DNA from: a virus
Lineage: Duplodnaviria; Caudoviricetes
Direction: 5' to 3' (one strand)
Length of the DNA stretch: 52,446 bases
IMG/VR virus record: IMGVR_UViG_3300020463_000029
Span: 1-52,446 of that record
Made by a program: the position numbers and the translations under genes. Below the pieces are notes generated by a model. That model was not told where the DNA came from, ran no database searches, and was given only the letters and a program-made list of their open reading frames with translations. Below are positions 10,079-19,900 of this stretch, one piece after another (the stretch's first letter is position 1; each line of letters opens with the position of its first letter).

Positions 10079-11362
10079 ATGACAAGACAACTAATTAACA
10101 CCGGTATTTTGCCTAACGATGGTCAAGGTGACTCGTTACGTGATGCTGGTACAAAACTAAATTCCAATTTCAGTGAATTATACACTGCACTTGGAAACGG
10201 TACAGCACTGACAATTGTCAGTAATAATTTATTAAACGCAACAGGTTCAAACAAAGTAAGTTTTTTATACACTAATCTTTCAGATCTGCCAAGTGCAAGT
10301 ACGTATCACGGAATGTTCGCCCACGTTCATTCTGAAAATGCTTCTTACTATGCTCACGCAGGTGCATGGGTTAAACTCGCAGACGAGAATAAATCCATTG
10401 ACATTTTTACGGATGTAGATACTTCAACAGCGGCTCCATCAAATGGACAAGCACTTGTTTGGGACCAAGGTGCAAGTAAATGGAAACCAGGCACAGTATC
10501 CGGTGGTGGCGGCGGAGGTGGTGCAACTACCTTCTTGGCACTTACAGATACACCTACAACTTTTTCAGGTTATGCAAATGGCTTCTTAAGAGTTAACGGT
10601 GCAGGTGATGGTTTAACACTTGTAAACAATTTTTCAATTGATACTTTATCAGATGTTGACACAACAACTAGTGCTCCAGCATCAGGACAAGTTTTAAAAT
10701 GGAACGGTACACAATGGGCGCCGGCGAATGATGCAACATCAGGTGGCGGTGGATTAGACGCTGATACATTAGATGGTTTGGACAGCACATACTTTTTAAA
10801 TTACAACAATTTAACAAACAAACCAGCAATTCCAACAGCGTTCACAGGATTATCAGATACTCCTACAAACTTTACAGGTGCGGCTGGTAGATTTGTTAAA
10901 GTAAATGGTTCAGGTACTGCTTTAGAATTTGTTACATCTTCTTCGGCTTCAACAGCATTGAACGATTTAACAGATGTTACGGCTTCAGGTGCGGCACAAG
11001 GTGATGTATTATATTACAATGGAACTGCATGGGTTTTACAAAATGGTCCAGTAATTAGATGGAATATTACAAACAACGGCGCAAGTGATTACACATTTAA
11101 TGGTCCAGGTTTTCCTAGTGCTGTAAATGATCCAGTATTATATTTGATGAGAGGACACACTTACGTTTTAGTAAATGGTGGAGGCTCTACACACCCATTT
11201 GAAATAAGAGTTTCAAACGGCGGAAGTGCGTACAGTACAGGAGTAACAGGTTCACAATCAGGAACACAGGTATTTACGGTACCAATGGATGCACCAAGCA
11301 CATTGTATTATCAATGTACGGCGCATAGTGGAATGGGTAACACAATTAATATTGTAAGTTAA
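10079..11362 (+). CDS. Fibre protein with a T4 gp9/gp10-like N-terminus and a C-terminal cupredoxin-like domain
   Basis: N-terminal INTG..PNDGQGDSLRDAG.KLN.NF.ELY; repeated L.DV......GQ.L.W fibre units; C-terminal THPF...VPMDAPSTLYYQCTAHSGMG. Confidence 0.75.
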   Translation: MTRQLINTGILPNDGQGDSLRDAGTKLNSNFSELYTALGNGTALTIVSNNLLNATGSNKVSFLYTNLSDLPSASTYHGMFAHVHSENASYYAHAGAWVKLADENKSIDIFTDVDTSTAAPSNGQALVWDQGASKWKPGTVSGGGGGGGATTFLALTDTPTTFSGYANGFLRVNGAGDGLTLVNNFSIDTLSDVDTTTSAPASGQVLKWNGTQWAPANDATSGGGGLDADTLDGLDSTYFLNYNNLTNKPAIPTAFTGLSDTPTNFTGAAGRFVKVNGSGTALEFVTSSSASTALNDLTDVTASGAAQGDVLYYNGTAWVLQNGPVIRWNITNNGASDYTFNGPGFPSAVNDPVLYLMRGHTYVLVNGGGSTHPFEIRVSNGGSAYSTGVTGSQSGTQVFTVPMDAPSTLYYQCTAHSGMGNTINIVS

Positions 11363-11370
11363 GGATTATA

Positions 11371-11745
11371 ATGGCACAAGTTTTTGGAGTAGGCATAGAT
11401 GAATTACAGAAATCGCTGGCAAACAGCAGATATTTCTATGGTTTACGCAGAACTGAAAACGGTGAATTGTACATGGTGAAAGCAGATTTACTTGAACTAG
11501 AAGACGGTGTTCAATTGAATAGACCAGGTAATATTGATTCAAATTATAATAATTTTTCAAGAGGAGAAGATTTTTTTGAAGGCAGAGATCAACAGCACAG
11601 AACAGTTTATTCGAACCTTGTTTATGAACAGTACAAATGGGACGGAAGAAACCTATTTTATTATGTGAATAAAGATGGTGAATTAGTATTAAAAGTTAAC
11701 GAGGCTCAAACGTATTTAGGATATGTTGAACCTTATAGTAGTTAG
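11371..11745 (+). CDS. Virion-associated protein, paralogue of 9599
   Basis: 124 aa with an AAGGA RBS; motifs shared with 9599. Confidence 0.7.
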   Translation: MAQVFGVGIDELQKSLANSRYFYGLRRTENGELYMVKADLLELEDGVQLNRPGNIDSNYNNFSRGEDFFEGRDQQHRTVYSNLVYEQYKWDGRNLFYYVNKDGELVLKVNEAQTYLGYVEPYSS

Positions 11746-11750
11746 AGGAA

Positions 11751-11757
11751 ATAAATA
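11751..11757 (+). promoter_or_regulatory. T4-type late promoter (ATAAATA)
   Basis: Intergenic, upstream of the AAGGA RBS and the ATG at 11776. Confidence 0.65.
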
Positions 11758-11775
11758 GTAGTAAGGAATTAATCA

Positions 11776-14700
11776 ATGGCAGATTTTCGAATAGATAGGA
11801 TACGTTTTAAATGGAGAGGTGATTGGACAGCAGGCACTCTCTATGTAAAAGATGACGTTTTAAGATTCGGTGCAAAAGTTTATGTTTGTATTGAAGTTCA
11901 CACATCAGATTCAAACTTTTATAATGATTTAAATTCAAGTACTCCTAAATGGACGCAGATGATGGACGGTCAAAGTTGGACCGGAGATTGGAAAGCGGCA
12001 ACTTTTTACAAAATTGGCGAACTAGTAAAAGTTGGTGGTCTAATTTACAAATGTATCGAAGGACATATTTCAAATGCTGATGCAAACAACGGTGTATTAG
12101 GTGACGAATTAAAATGGGTTTACTTTGCACGTGGAGAAGATTGGCAAACTGTATGGCAACCAAACACATTGTACAATGTTGACCAGACTGTAATCTACGG
12201 TGGTTCAATTTGGAAATGTAACACAGCACACACATCTTCAACAGCAGACGCAGGATTGGCTTTCCATGCAAGTTATTGGGATCTATATTCTAAATCAGAC
12301 AACTGGAGAAATGTTTGGACAGAAAATACTTTATACTATCCAGATGATATTGTAAGATACGGTGGTAACATTTATAGATGTTTAACAGGACACAGATCAG
12401 CACCAGTTAACAACTGGACAAATCCTACATACACAACAGGAGCAACAGGAACAAATGCGGCATTTTTTGTTTGGAGAGTAGGAACAACTTATTATGTAAA
12501 CATCACGAACGCAGGTACAGGTTACGCAAACTTAAACACATTTAATATTGTTGGAACAGCACTAGGTGGCGATGTTGGCTCACACGATGCTGTGATTCAA
12601 GTAAACACAGTTGATGGTTCGGGTGCAATACAATCAGTTTCAATCACAGGAACAGCAAACAATGTAAATGATGGATTAGAAGCCAATACTGCTCAATGGG
12701 AATTAGTATTAACTGGTATCAGTTACGTTGGAGATTATGCAAGAGGAACAAGATACAAACCAAATGAAATAGTTAGATGGTCTCCAGGCACGTGGAAAGT
12801 GTCAACAGGTCATTGGGCAACTGATCCTAGAATGGTTGAAGCAAACTTCAGTTTATGGATTCCAGGTTTAGAGTATGAAGACCTTTGGACGGAATCACAG
12901 TACTATCAACAAGGTGATGTGGTACTTTACGGAGGTTACACATATGTTGCACTTGTAAGTAACATTGGTATAACTCCAACATTAACAGATTCGACAAACA
13001 CTTGGGAAGCACAGGTTTTAGGTTACACATTCAAAGGAGAATGGGTTGGACAAACAATACAAAATGGTCAACTTCAACCTTATGTTTACAAAACAGGAGA
13101 TGTTGTAAGAGCAGGTGGTGATTTATACATTGCTGTAAGAACAAATTCTGATGTTGGACCAGACACAAGAGATGTTTATGATCCAGGTACAGACGAACCT
13201 TTCCCATGGCAGTTATTAGTAACAGGAAATATGTTCAGAGGTCCTTGGGTGGATCAAGATATAGGCGGAGTTACAGGTGAGTCTACTTATTTCCCAGGTG
13301 ATCTTGTAACAATAGCAGGAACACTTTACAAATGTATTTTAAAACATGAAGCAAATTCTTCAGATGCTAAACCACCATTAGATTTTGCATCAGAAAATGT
13401 TGGTCCATATTGGGTATTAGTGGCACAAGGTCACACTCCAAACGTATTGGAATATCCTGGAGATATAAAAACCCAAGCAGATGATTCTACAAGATTGAGA
13501 ATAGGTATTGGAACAACAGGACAATTATTAAAAGCAGGTTCAAACACTTATCCTTTCTGGGAAGATTTTGAAAAAGTAAACAAAGTTTATTATGTTGCAC
13601 CAGATGGAATTGATCTAGAAACAGCAGGTAACAAATTAAGTTCACCATTTAAAACAATCAAGTATGCTTGTGATTACATCCAAGGTGATTTGGCAAATAG
13701 AGCACCAGCAACAATATTCATTAAAACAGGAATATACGAAGAAATTTTACCTATCACAGTACCAAGAGATGTGGCACTTGTAGGAGACGAATTAAGAAGT
13801 ACAACAGTAAAACCAGCGGCAGGTTATGAAACTGGTTATGATATGTTCTATGTAAACAATGGAACAGGAATTAGAAACATGACACTACAAGGTTTAACAG
13901 GAACTCTAGGTGCTATGAATCAATATGGTACAAAAAGACCAACAGGTGGTGCTTTTGTTTCATTAAATCCAGGAACAGGTGTAAACGACGCAAGTGCTTG
14001 GATCACAAGTAAATCATGTTATGTACAAAACGTTTCAACATTTGGATCAGGATGTATTGGATTAAAAGTAGATGGTGACCTACACGCAGGTGGTTACAGA
14101 TCAGTTGTTGCTAATGACTTTACACAGGTTATTGACAACGGTATTGGTTATTGGGCAAACGGTGAAGGAAGATCAGAACTTGTTTCTGTATTCACGTACT
14201 ACTGTCACATAGGATATCTTGCAACTAACGGTGGTAAAGTTAGAGCAACTAACGGAAATAATTCTTATGGAGATTTTGGTTCAGTTGCAGAAGGTGTTAC
14301 ACCAACTGAAACTCCTATCACAGGTAAATTTAATAACAGAACAGGTGAAGCAACAGTAGATAAAGTTTACAACGATGAAAACGAAATATTTGCTTTTGCT
14401 TATGATCACGCAGGACAAGATTACACATCTGCAACAATTACAATTTCAGGTTCAGGTGAAGGTGCGGCAGGTTCTATTGCGTATGAAAATACAAGAGATA
14501 ATGCTGTAAACAGAATTAGAATATTAGGTCCTGGAGATTCAACACCAGCAGGTGGTGCCGCTTATACAAGTAAATCAGGACCAGCAATTTCAGGTGATGG
14601 TACATCAATCAAACTAAATGCACAGTTCCAAGGTACAACTGCACAAACAGTTGGACAAAGAATTTACATTTGGGAAGGTACAGGCAGAGGACAATACGCA

Positions 14701-16920
14701 ATTATTGATTCATTTAATGAAGTAACAAAAGTTTGTACAGTTAAAAAAGAATTTGATAACACACCAGGCTGGCAACATTTCTTAGGAGGATTCAAAATTG
14801 AAACAGAATTAGATCCTTCAACAAAATATTTTATTGAACCAAGAATTCAGGTTTCAGAACCAGCATATGCAAATTCAACAGCAAGTATTCCACTTGCAGG
14901 AAATTATGACATAGGTGCACAAAGAAGAGTAGGAGCATCTAATGTAACTGTTTTATTAGGAAACGGAAGAGGTTTAAGAACAACAGATGGTTCAAGTTGG
15001 ACAACTGGAAACGCAGTACCAACAGCAAACTGGACAGACTTAGAAGGTGGTGCTAACTGGTTTATGGCAGTGTCAACTGATGGTACAGTAGCAAGATCTC
15101 AAGACGGTGCAAACTGGAGTGACATCAGCAGTAATTTAGGTGCTGATCTTTTCACAGGTGTTGCTTATGAAGGTACTACATGGATTGTTGCTTCAAGAAC
15201 AGGTGTTGTTTACAGATCAACAGATGAAGGTAATACATGGACAAACCAACAAGTTGAACCATATGATGGATCAACTCCAGTATTTCATTATGCGGCGGCA
15301 GGTAACGGATTGTTTATATTATCAAACAACCTAGGTCAAACTTGGGAATCAATTAATGATGGTGTAACATGGCAAATGGCGGCTGACATCGGTGGTACAA
15401 GATACCTTGTTAATTCTTTACAATACTTAGGTGGAAAATTTGTTGCAACTGTACAAGATTCACCATTTGATGATTCAACATCAGCAAACAAATTCTTTGT
15501 TTCAAATGCTAACGTGGCACAAAGTTCAACAAGTGCAACAACAGTATGGACAGAATCAGATGCTCCACCACACACAGGACCATACAATGTTACTTGGTCT
15601 CAAGGAACTTTTGTTGCAGTGACACCTTCAGGTGAAGTTGCTTACAGTTATGACTGTGTAAGTTGGAAACAATTAACAACATTATCAGGAACATTCGGAA
15701 GAATAGTAGGCGGAAGATCAGGTGGCAATTACTTTGTTCCATTATCAACAGGACCAATGAGTAACTTAACAATATTGAAAAAAGGTGCTCCACCACTTTG
15801 TAGAGTAATTACAAATGCAGGTAAAGTATCTAAAATACAAATACTTGATCCAGGTTCAGGATACGCAAGTGCACCAACAGTTTCAATCACGGACAATGTT
15901 AATACAGTAGATGTAAGTGTACAAGCAAGAACAGCCAACGGAGTATTAGGACAACCAACATTTACAAATAGAGGTACAGGTTTTATTAACGTAAGTGCAA
16001 CTCTTGATGGAGATGGATTTAAAGATGAATATCAAATTGGTAAAGTAATGCAAGTTCAAGATTTATCTAGAGAACCAGGACCAGGTGACTTGTTATACAT
16101 AAATGGTATTGATGATAAAATTTACAGAGTGACTCAAATAACAAATGTACAAGGAACTGCGCCTAACATATCAGCACAATTTAGAATATCACCAAGTCTA
16201 AAATCAAATGAATCTCCTAATCATTTAGAAACATTTACAATTAGACAACAATATTCACAAGTAAGATTAACAGGACATGATTTCTTAGATATTGGTACTG
16301 GTGGTTTAACAACTACAAACTATCCAACACTTTATACTAACGCAGGTTTCACTGAAGGATATGATCCACAACCTGCAAGAGAAGTTGCAAACAATGGTGG
16401 TGGTAGAGTATTCTACACGTCAACAGACCAAGATGGTAACTTTAGAGTTGGTGAATTATTTGAAGTTGAACAGGCAACAGGTATTGTTACACTTAACGCA
16501 GACTTATTCAACCTATCAGGATTAAGTGAATTAAGTTTAGGTGGTGTTGTATTAGGTGGAACTGAAGTTGTAATTAGAGAATTCAGTACAGATGCAACAA
16601 TGTCTGCTAATTCAGACAATATTGTACCAACACAAAAAGCAATCGTAACATATATTGGTAACAGAGTATCAGGTGGTGGTGCTAACTTGAATGTTTCTGG
16701 TTTCAGAGCAGGTCAGGTTAAAGTAAGAAATAGAGAAATGTTCAATGAAGCGTTCCCAACTAACGGTGTTATAAGTTTCCCTCAAGTAACCAATTTAAAT
16801 GGTGGAATGGGCGGTTACTTAATGGCGTTGAATTTCTTTACAGGAGGAACAGCAAGTACTGAACTAAATGAAGGGGATCCGATTAGTGCAATTGACGACT
16901 CTAATGGATATGGCTCATAA
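11776..16920 (+). CDS. Giant virion protein: about 8 CBM5/12-like repeats, beta-helix and BNR/Asp-box propeller
   Basis: 1714 aa. Repeats W.....Y...D.V.YGG..Y.C...H.S; Asp-boxes SQDGANW, STDEGNTW, SINDGVTW, SYDCVSW; C-terminal YSQVRLTGHDFLDIGTG shared with 16955. Confidence 0.8.
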   Translation: MADFRIDRIRFKWRGDWTAGTLYVKDDVLRFGAKVYVCIEVHTSDSNFYNDLNSSTPKWTQMMDGQSWTGDWKAATFYKIGELVKVGGLIYKCIEGHISNADANNGVLGDELKWVYFARGEDWQTVWQPNTLYNVDQTVIYGGSIWKCNTAHTSSTADAGLAFHASYWDLYSKSDNWRNVWTENTLYYPDDIVRYGGNIYRCLTGHRSAPVNNWTNPTYTTGATGTNAAFFVWRVGTTYYVNITNAGTGYANLNTFNIVGTALGGDVGSHDAVIQVNTVDGSGAIQSVSITGTANNVNDGLEANTAQWELVLTGISYVGDYARGTRYKPNEIVRWSPGTWKVSTGHWATDPRMVEANFSLWIPGLEYEDLWTESQYYQQGDVVLYGGYTYVALVSNIGITPTLTDSTNTWEAQVLGYTFKGEWVGQTIQNGQLQPYVYKTGDVVRAGGDLYIAVRTNSDVGPDTRDVYDPGTDEPFPWQLLVTGNMFRGPWVDQDIGGVTGESTYFPGDLVTIAGTLYKCILKHEANSSDAKPPLDFASENVGPYWVLVAQGHTPNVLEYPGDIKTQADDSTRLRIGIGTTGQLLKAGSNTYPFWEDFEKVNKVYYVAPDGIDLETAGNKLSSPFKTIKYACDYIQGDLANRAPATIFIKTGIYEEILPITVPRDVALVGDELRSTTVKPAAGYETGYDMFYVNNGTGIRNMTLQGLTGTLGAMNQYGTKRPTGGAFVSLNPGTGVNDASAWITSKSCYVQNVSTFGSGCIGLKVDGDLHAGGYRSVVANDFTQVIDNGIGYWANGEGRSELVSVFTYYCHIGYLATNGGKVRATNGNNSYGDFGSVAEGVTPTETPITGKFNNRTGEATVDKVYNDENEIFAFAYDHAGQDYTSATITISGSGEGAAGSIAYENTRDNAVNRIRILGPGDSTPAGGAAYTSKSGPAISGDGTSIKLNAQFQGTTAQTVGQRIYIWEGTGRGQYAIIDSFNEVTKVCTVKKEFDNTPGWQHFLGGFKIETELDPSTKYFIEPRIQVSEPAYANSTASIPLAGNYDIGAQRRVGASNVTVLLGNGRGLRTTDGSSWTTGNAVPTANWTDLEGGANWFMAVSTDGTVARSQDGANWSDISSNLGADLFTGVAYEGTTWIVASRTGVVYRSTDEGNTWTNQQVEPYDGSTPVFHYAAAGNGLFILSNNLGQTWESINDGVTWQMAADIGGTRYLVNSLQYLGGKFVATVQDSPFDDSTSANKFFVSNANVAQSSTSATTVWTESDAPPHTGPYNVTWSQGTFVAVTPSGEVAYSYDCVSWKQLTTLSGTFGRIVGGRSGGNYFVPLSTGPMSNLTILKKGAPPLCRVITNAGKVSKIQILDPGSGYASAPTVSITDNVNTVDVSVQARTANGVLGQPTFTNRGTGFINVSATLDGDGFKDEYQIGKVMQVQDLSREPGPGDLLYINGIDDKIYRVTQITNVQGTAPNISAQFRISPSLKSNESPNHLETFTIRQQYSQVRLTGHDFLDIGTGGLTTTNYPTLYTNAGFTEGYDPQPAREVANNGGGRVFYTSTDQDGNFRVGELFEVEQATGIVTLNADLFNLSGLSELSLGGVVLGGTEVVIREFSTDATMSANSDNIVPTQKAIVTYIGNRVSGGGANLNVSGFRAGQVKVRNREMFNEAFPTNGVISFPQVTNLNGGMGGYLMALNFFTGGTASTELNEGDPISAIDDSNGYGS
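16426..16451 (+). repeat. 26-bp exact repeat (second copy at 22235-22260)
   Basis: GACCAAGATGGTAACTTTAGAGTTGG occurs in both paralogous giant genes and encodes DQDGNFRVG. Confidence 0.85.
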
Positions 16921-16922
16921 TG

Positions 16923-16929
16923 ATAAATA
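16923..16929 (+). promoter_or_regulatory. T4-type late promoter (ATAAATA)
   Basis: Intergenic, upstream of the AGAGGA RBS and the ATG at 16955. Confidence 0.65.
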
Positions 16930-16954
16930 ACTTTAAACAGAGGATATAGCAACA

Positions 16955-19900
16955 ATGGCTGAGTTTAAACTAGGTAGAATTCGATTTGTATGGAAAGGTT
17001 CTTGGTACACAGGAGCCGTTTATTCAGTAGATGATGTAGTAAGATATGGTGGTAGAACATATATCTGTGTGGTTAACCATACAGCGGCATCAGAATTCCA
17101 AACTGATTTAACAGCGGCAAATTGGGCATTGATGTCCGATGGTCAAGAATGGAAAGGTGACTGGAGTCTTAACACAACTTACAAACCAAATGACATTGTA
17201 AAATACGGTGGATACATTTATATTTGTAACACAGGTCACACATCAACAGCAGTTGCTAATGATGGATTAGAAGTTGATATTGCAAAATGGGATCTTTTCA
17301 TTGAAGGATTTAATTACACATCAGATTGGGCAATCAGCACAAGATACAAAATTAACGATTTAGTAAGATACGGAAATTCAATTTATCTTTGTACAACTGC
17401 ACACGTTTCTGCGGCAACAACAGCAGATGGTTTAGAGGCTAACAGTGCTAACTGGGAATCTTTTGCAAAAGGTTTTAATTGGTTAAACAACTGGGCAATT
17501 AATACAAGATACAAATCAAATGACACAGTAAGATATGGTGGACAACTTTACATCTGTATTACTGGACACACATCAGCGGCTACAACTGCTTTAGGTTTAG
17601 AACCAGATCAAGCAAAATGGCAAGCAGTACACCCAGGTATCGAATACAAAGGCACTCACGCAGGTACAACAAGATATAAAGTAAATGATGTTGTTAAGTA
17701 TGGTGCAAATTTATACATTGCAACAGCAGGACACACATCAACAACAGATTTAAATGCAGACTCGGCGAACTGGGGATTATTCATTCCAGGTTTAGAGTTT
17801 GAAGATTCATGGAGTTCATCAACACAATATCAACAAGGTGACATTGTAACATACGGAGGTTTCCAATATGTTGCATTAACTCTTAACTCAAATAAAAATC
17901 CATCAACACAAACAAGTGATTGGGATTTATTTGTAACAGGGTTCAGTTTAAAAGGTGATTACAACAATGGAACGGCTTACAAAACAGGTGACGTTGTTAG
18001 AGTTGGTGGTATAACTTACATTTCAATTGCAGACACAACAGGTAACAGACCACCGAATGTATTATACTGGGATAAACTTAACGAAGGTTTATACTGGAGA
18101 GGTACTTGGACAAATGCGACTTACTACGACAAAGGCGACATTATAAGAGGTGCAATCAATACTGATACTTCTTATGTTGCAGTAACATCACACACTGCAA
18201 ACAATGTAGGTCCAAGCACAATTAACGAACCAGGTTATGCACCGGGGGCAGGTGTTGACACTTCAGTTTGGCAACTATTAGCAGGTGGTCCAGAGAATGA
18301 TACTTTATCTGCACAAGGTGATTTATTAATTTACGGTGCTTCAGGTCCAAGTAGATTAGCAATTGGTAATCCAGGACAAGCACTTGTTGTAAACTCAGCA
18401 GGTACTTTACCTCAATGGGGTTATGTTGGACAAATTGATCAAGTTTATTATGTAAGTCCAGATGGAAGTGATGTTCCAGCACCAGATGGTGGTGTAACTT
18501 TAGATAGAGCATGGAAATCTATAAGATATGCACTACACCAAATGGACAAAGGACCAAGAAATCCACAAGCAGTAAATCTTTTAGAAAGAAACAAAGCATT
18601 TATTCAAGATGAAACTATTGCTTGGATCAATGCACAGATTGCCGGTGCAATTACTCCATTCACAGGATCATTTACATACAACGCAGTAAAATGTAGAAGA
18701 GATATTGGTATTCTAATTGAATCAGTATTACATGATTTAAGACATGGTGGTAACAGAAAATCTAGAATGTCGGCATTAAGTTATTTCACGCCAGCAGGTG
18801 CTTCATATGTTACTGGACAAACAGCAGAAACGGCGGCGGCTATTGTTAGAGCGGCATACATTGCTCAACAAGTTGTTTCAAACAATACAAGTTACAGTGC
18901 ATCACAAGGTACAACTTTACAAGTTTCAGATTTAACAAAAAATGCTGAAGCAGGCACAACAACATCAATAGAAACTTTAATGAAACTTTCTTCAGATGCA
19001 ATTACGGCTGGAGTTGTTACAGGTATACCTACTGAAGTTTATCCAAACACAACATTAAACGTGAAAACAGGTACATATCAAGAAATTTTACCAATGAGTG
19101 TAAAAGAAAGATGTGCAGTTGTTGGAGATGAATTAAGATCAACAAATATCAGACCAGCAGGAGTTATTACTAATTCAAGTGATACACAATACAGTTTACA
19201 AGGTATACAACGTTTAGAAGCAATCGTCAGTGATATAATTCAAAACAGTGCAGTAACAGTTACGCCAACAGGTGGTGTAACAGGTTTAACTCCTACATCA
19301 GGCACAGTATTAGGAATTGCTGATGTTACTGGTACAGATGTTGCAACAACAACTACAGGTTCAGGAACAGGATTAAAAGTTACAGTAGTTTGTAATGCTT
19401 TCCAATCTTATTCTTCAGTAACAATCACTTCACCAGGACAAGGTTATGGTGCAGGCGATCAAATTACTATACCATCAGCAACAAGTTGTAATGCAAACAG
19501 TAACAATGCGGCAACACCTTTAGGTGCAGACATTGTATTGAACACAACAGGCGTTACAAGTGGTAACACATTAACACAAAACACAGCGGTACCGGCAGGT
19601 TCAGCGGCGGCGGCAACTGCGGCAACAACTTTAGCAGACAATATTGAAAAATACATTGACTTCAAAATAAATGCTAACGGTTCTGAACCAGCAATGACAG
19701 GTTCGAACATACCTAACACAACAGCAGGATACACAGATGCACGTTTAAGATTATTAGCAAACAAAGATTTCATTGCTAGAGAATGTTCAGAATATGTGAA
19801 AAGACAGAATCCAAGTTTAAACTTCAATCAAACTGATTGTGAAGATGATATTAAAGATTACGTAGACGGAATGATACATGACTTGTACTACACAGGTAAC

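Noticed and set aside
10501-10522. GGT/GGC and GCG trinucleotide runs (also ~19603 and ~50512)
   Set aside because: They are in-frame poly-Gly or poly-Ala linkers, not CRISPR repeats or phase-variable tracts.
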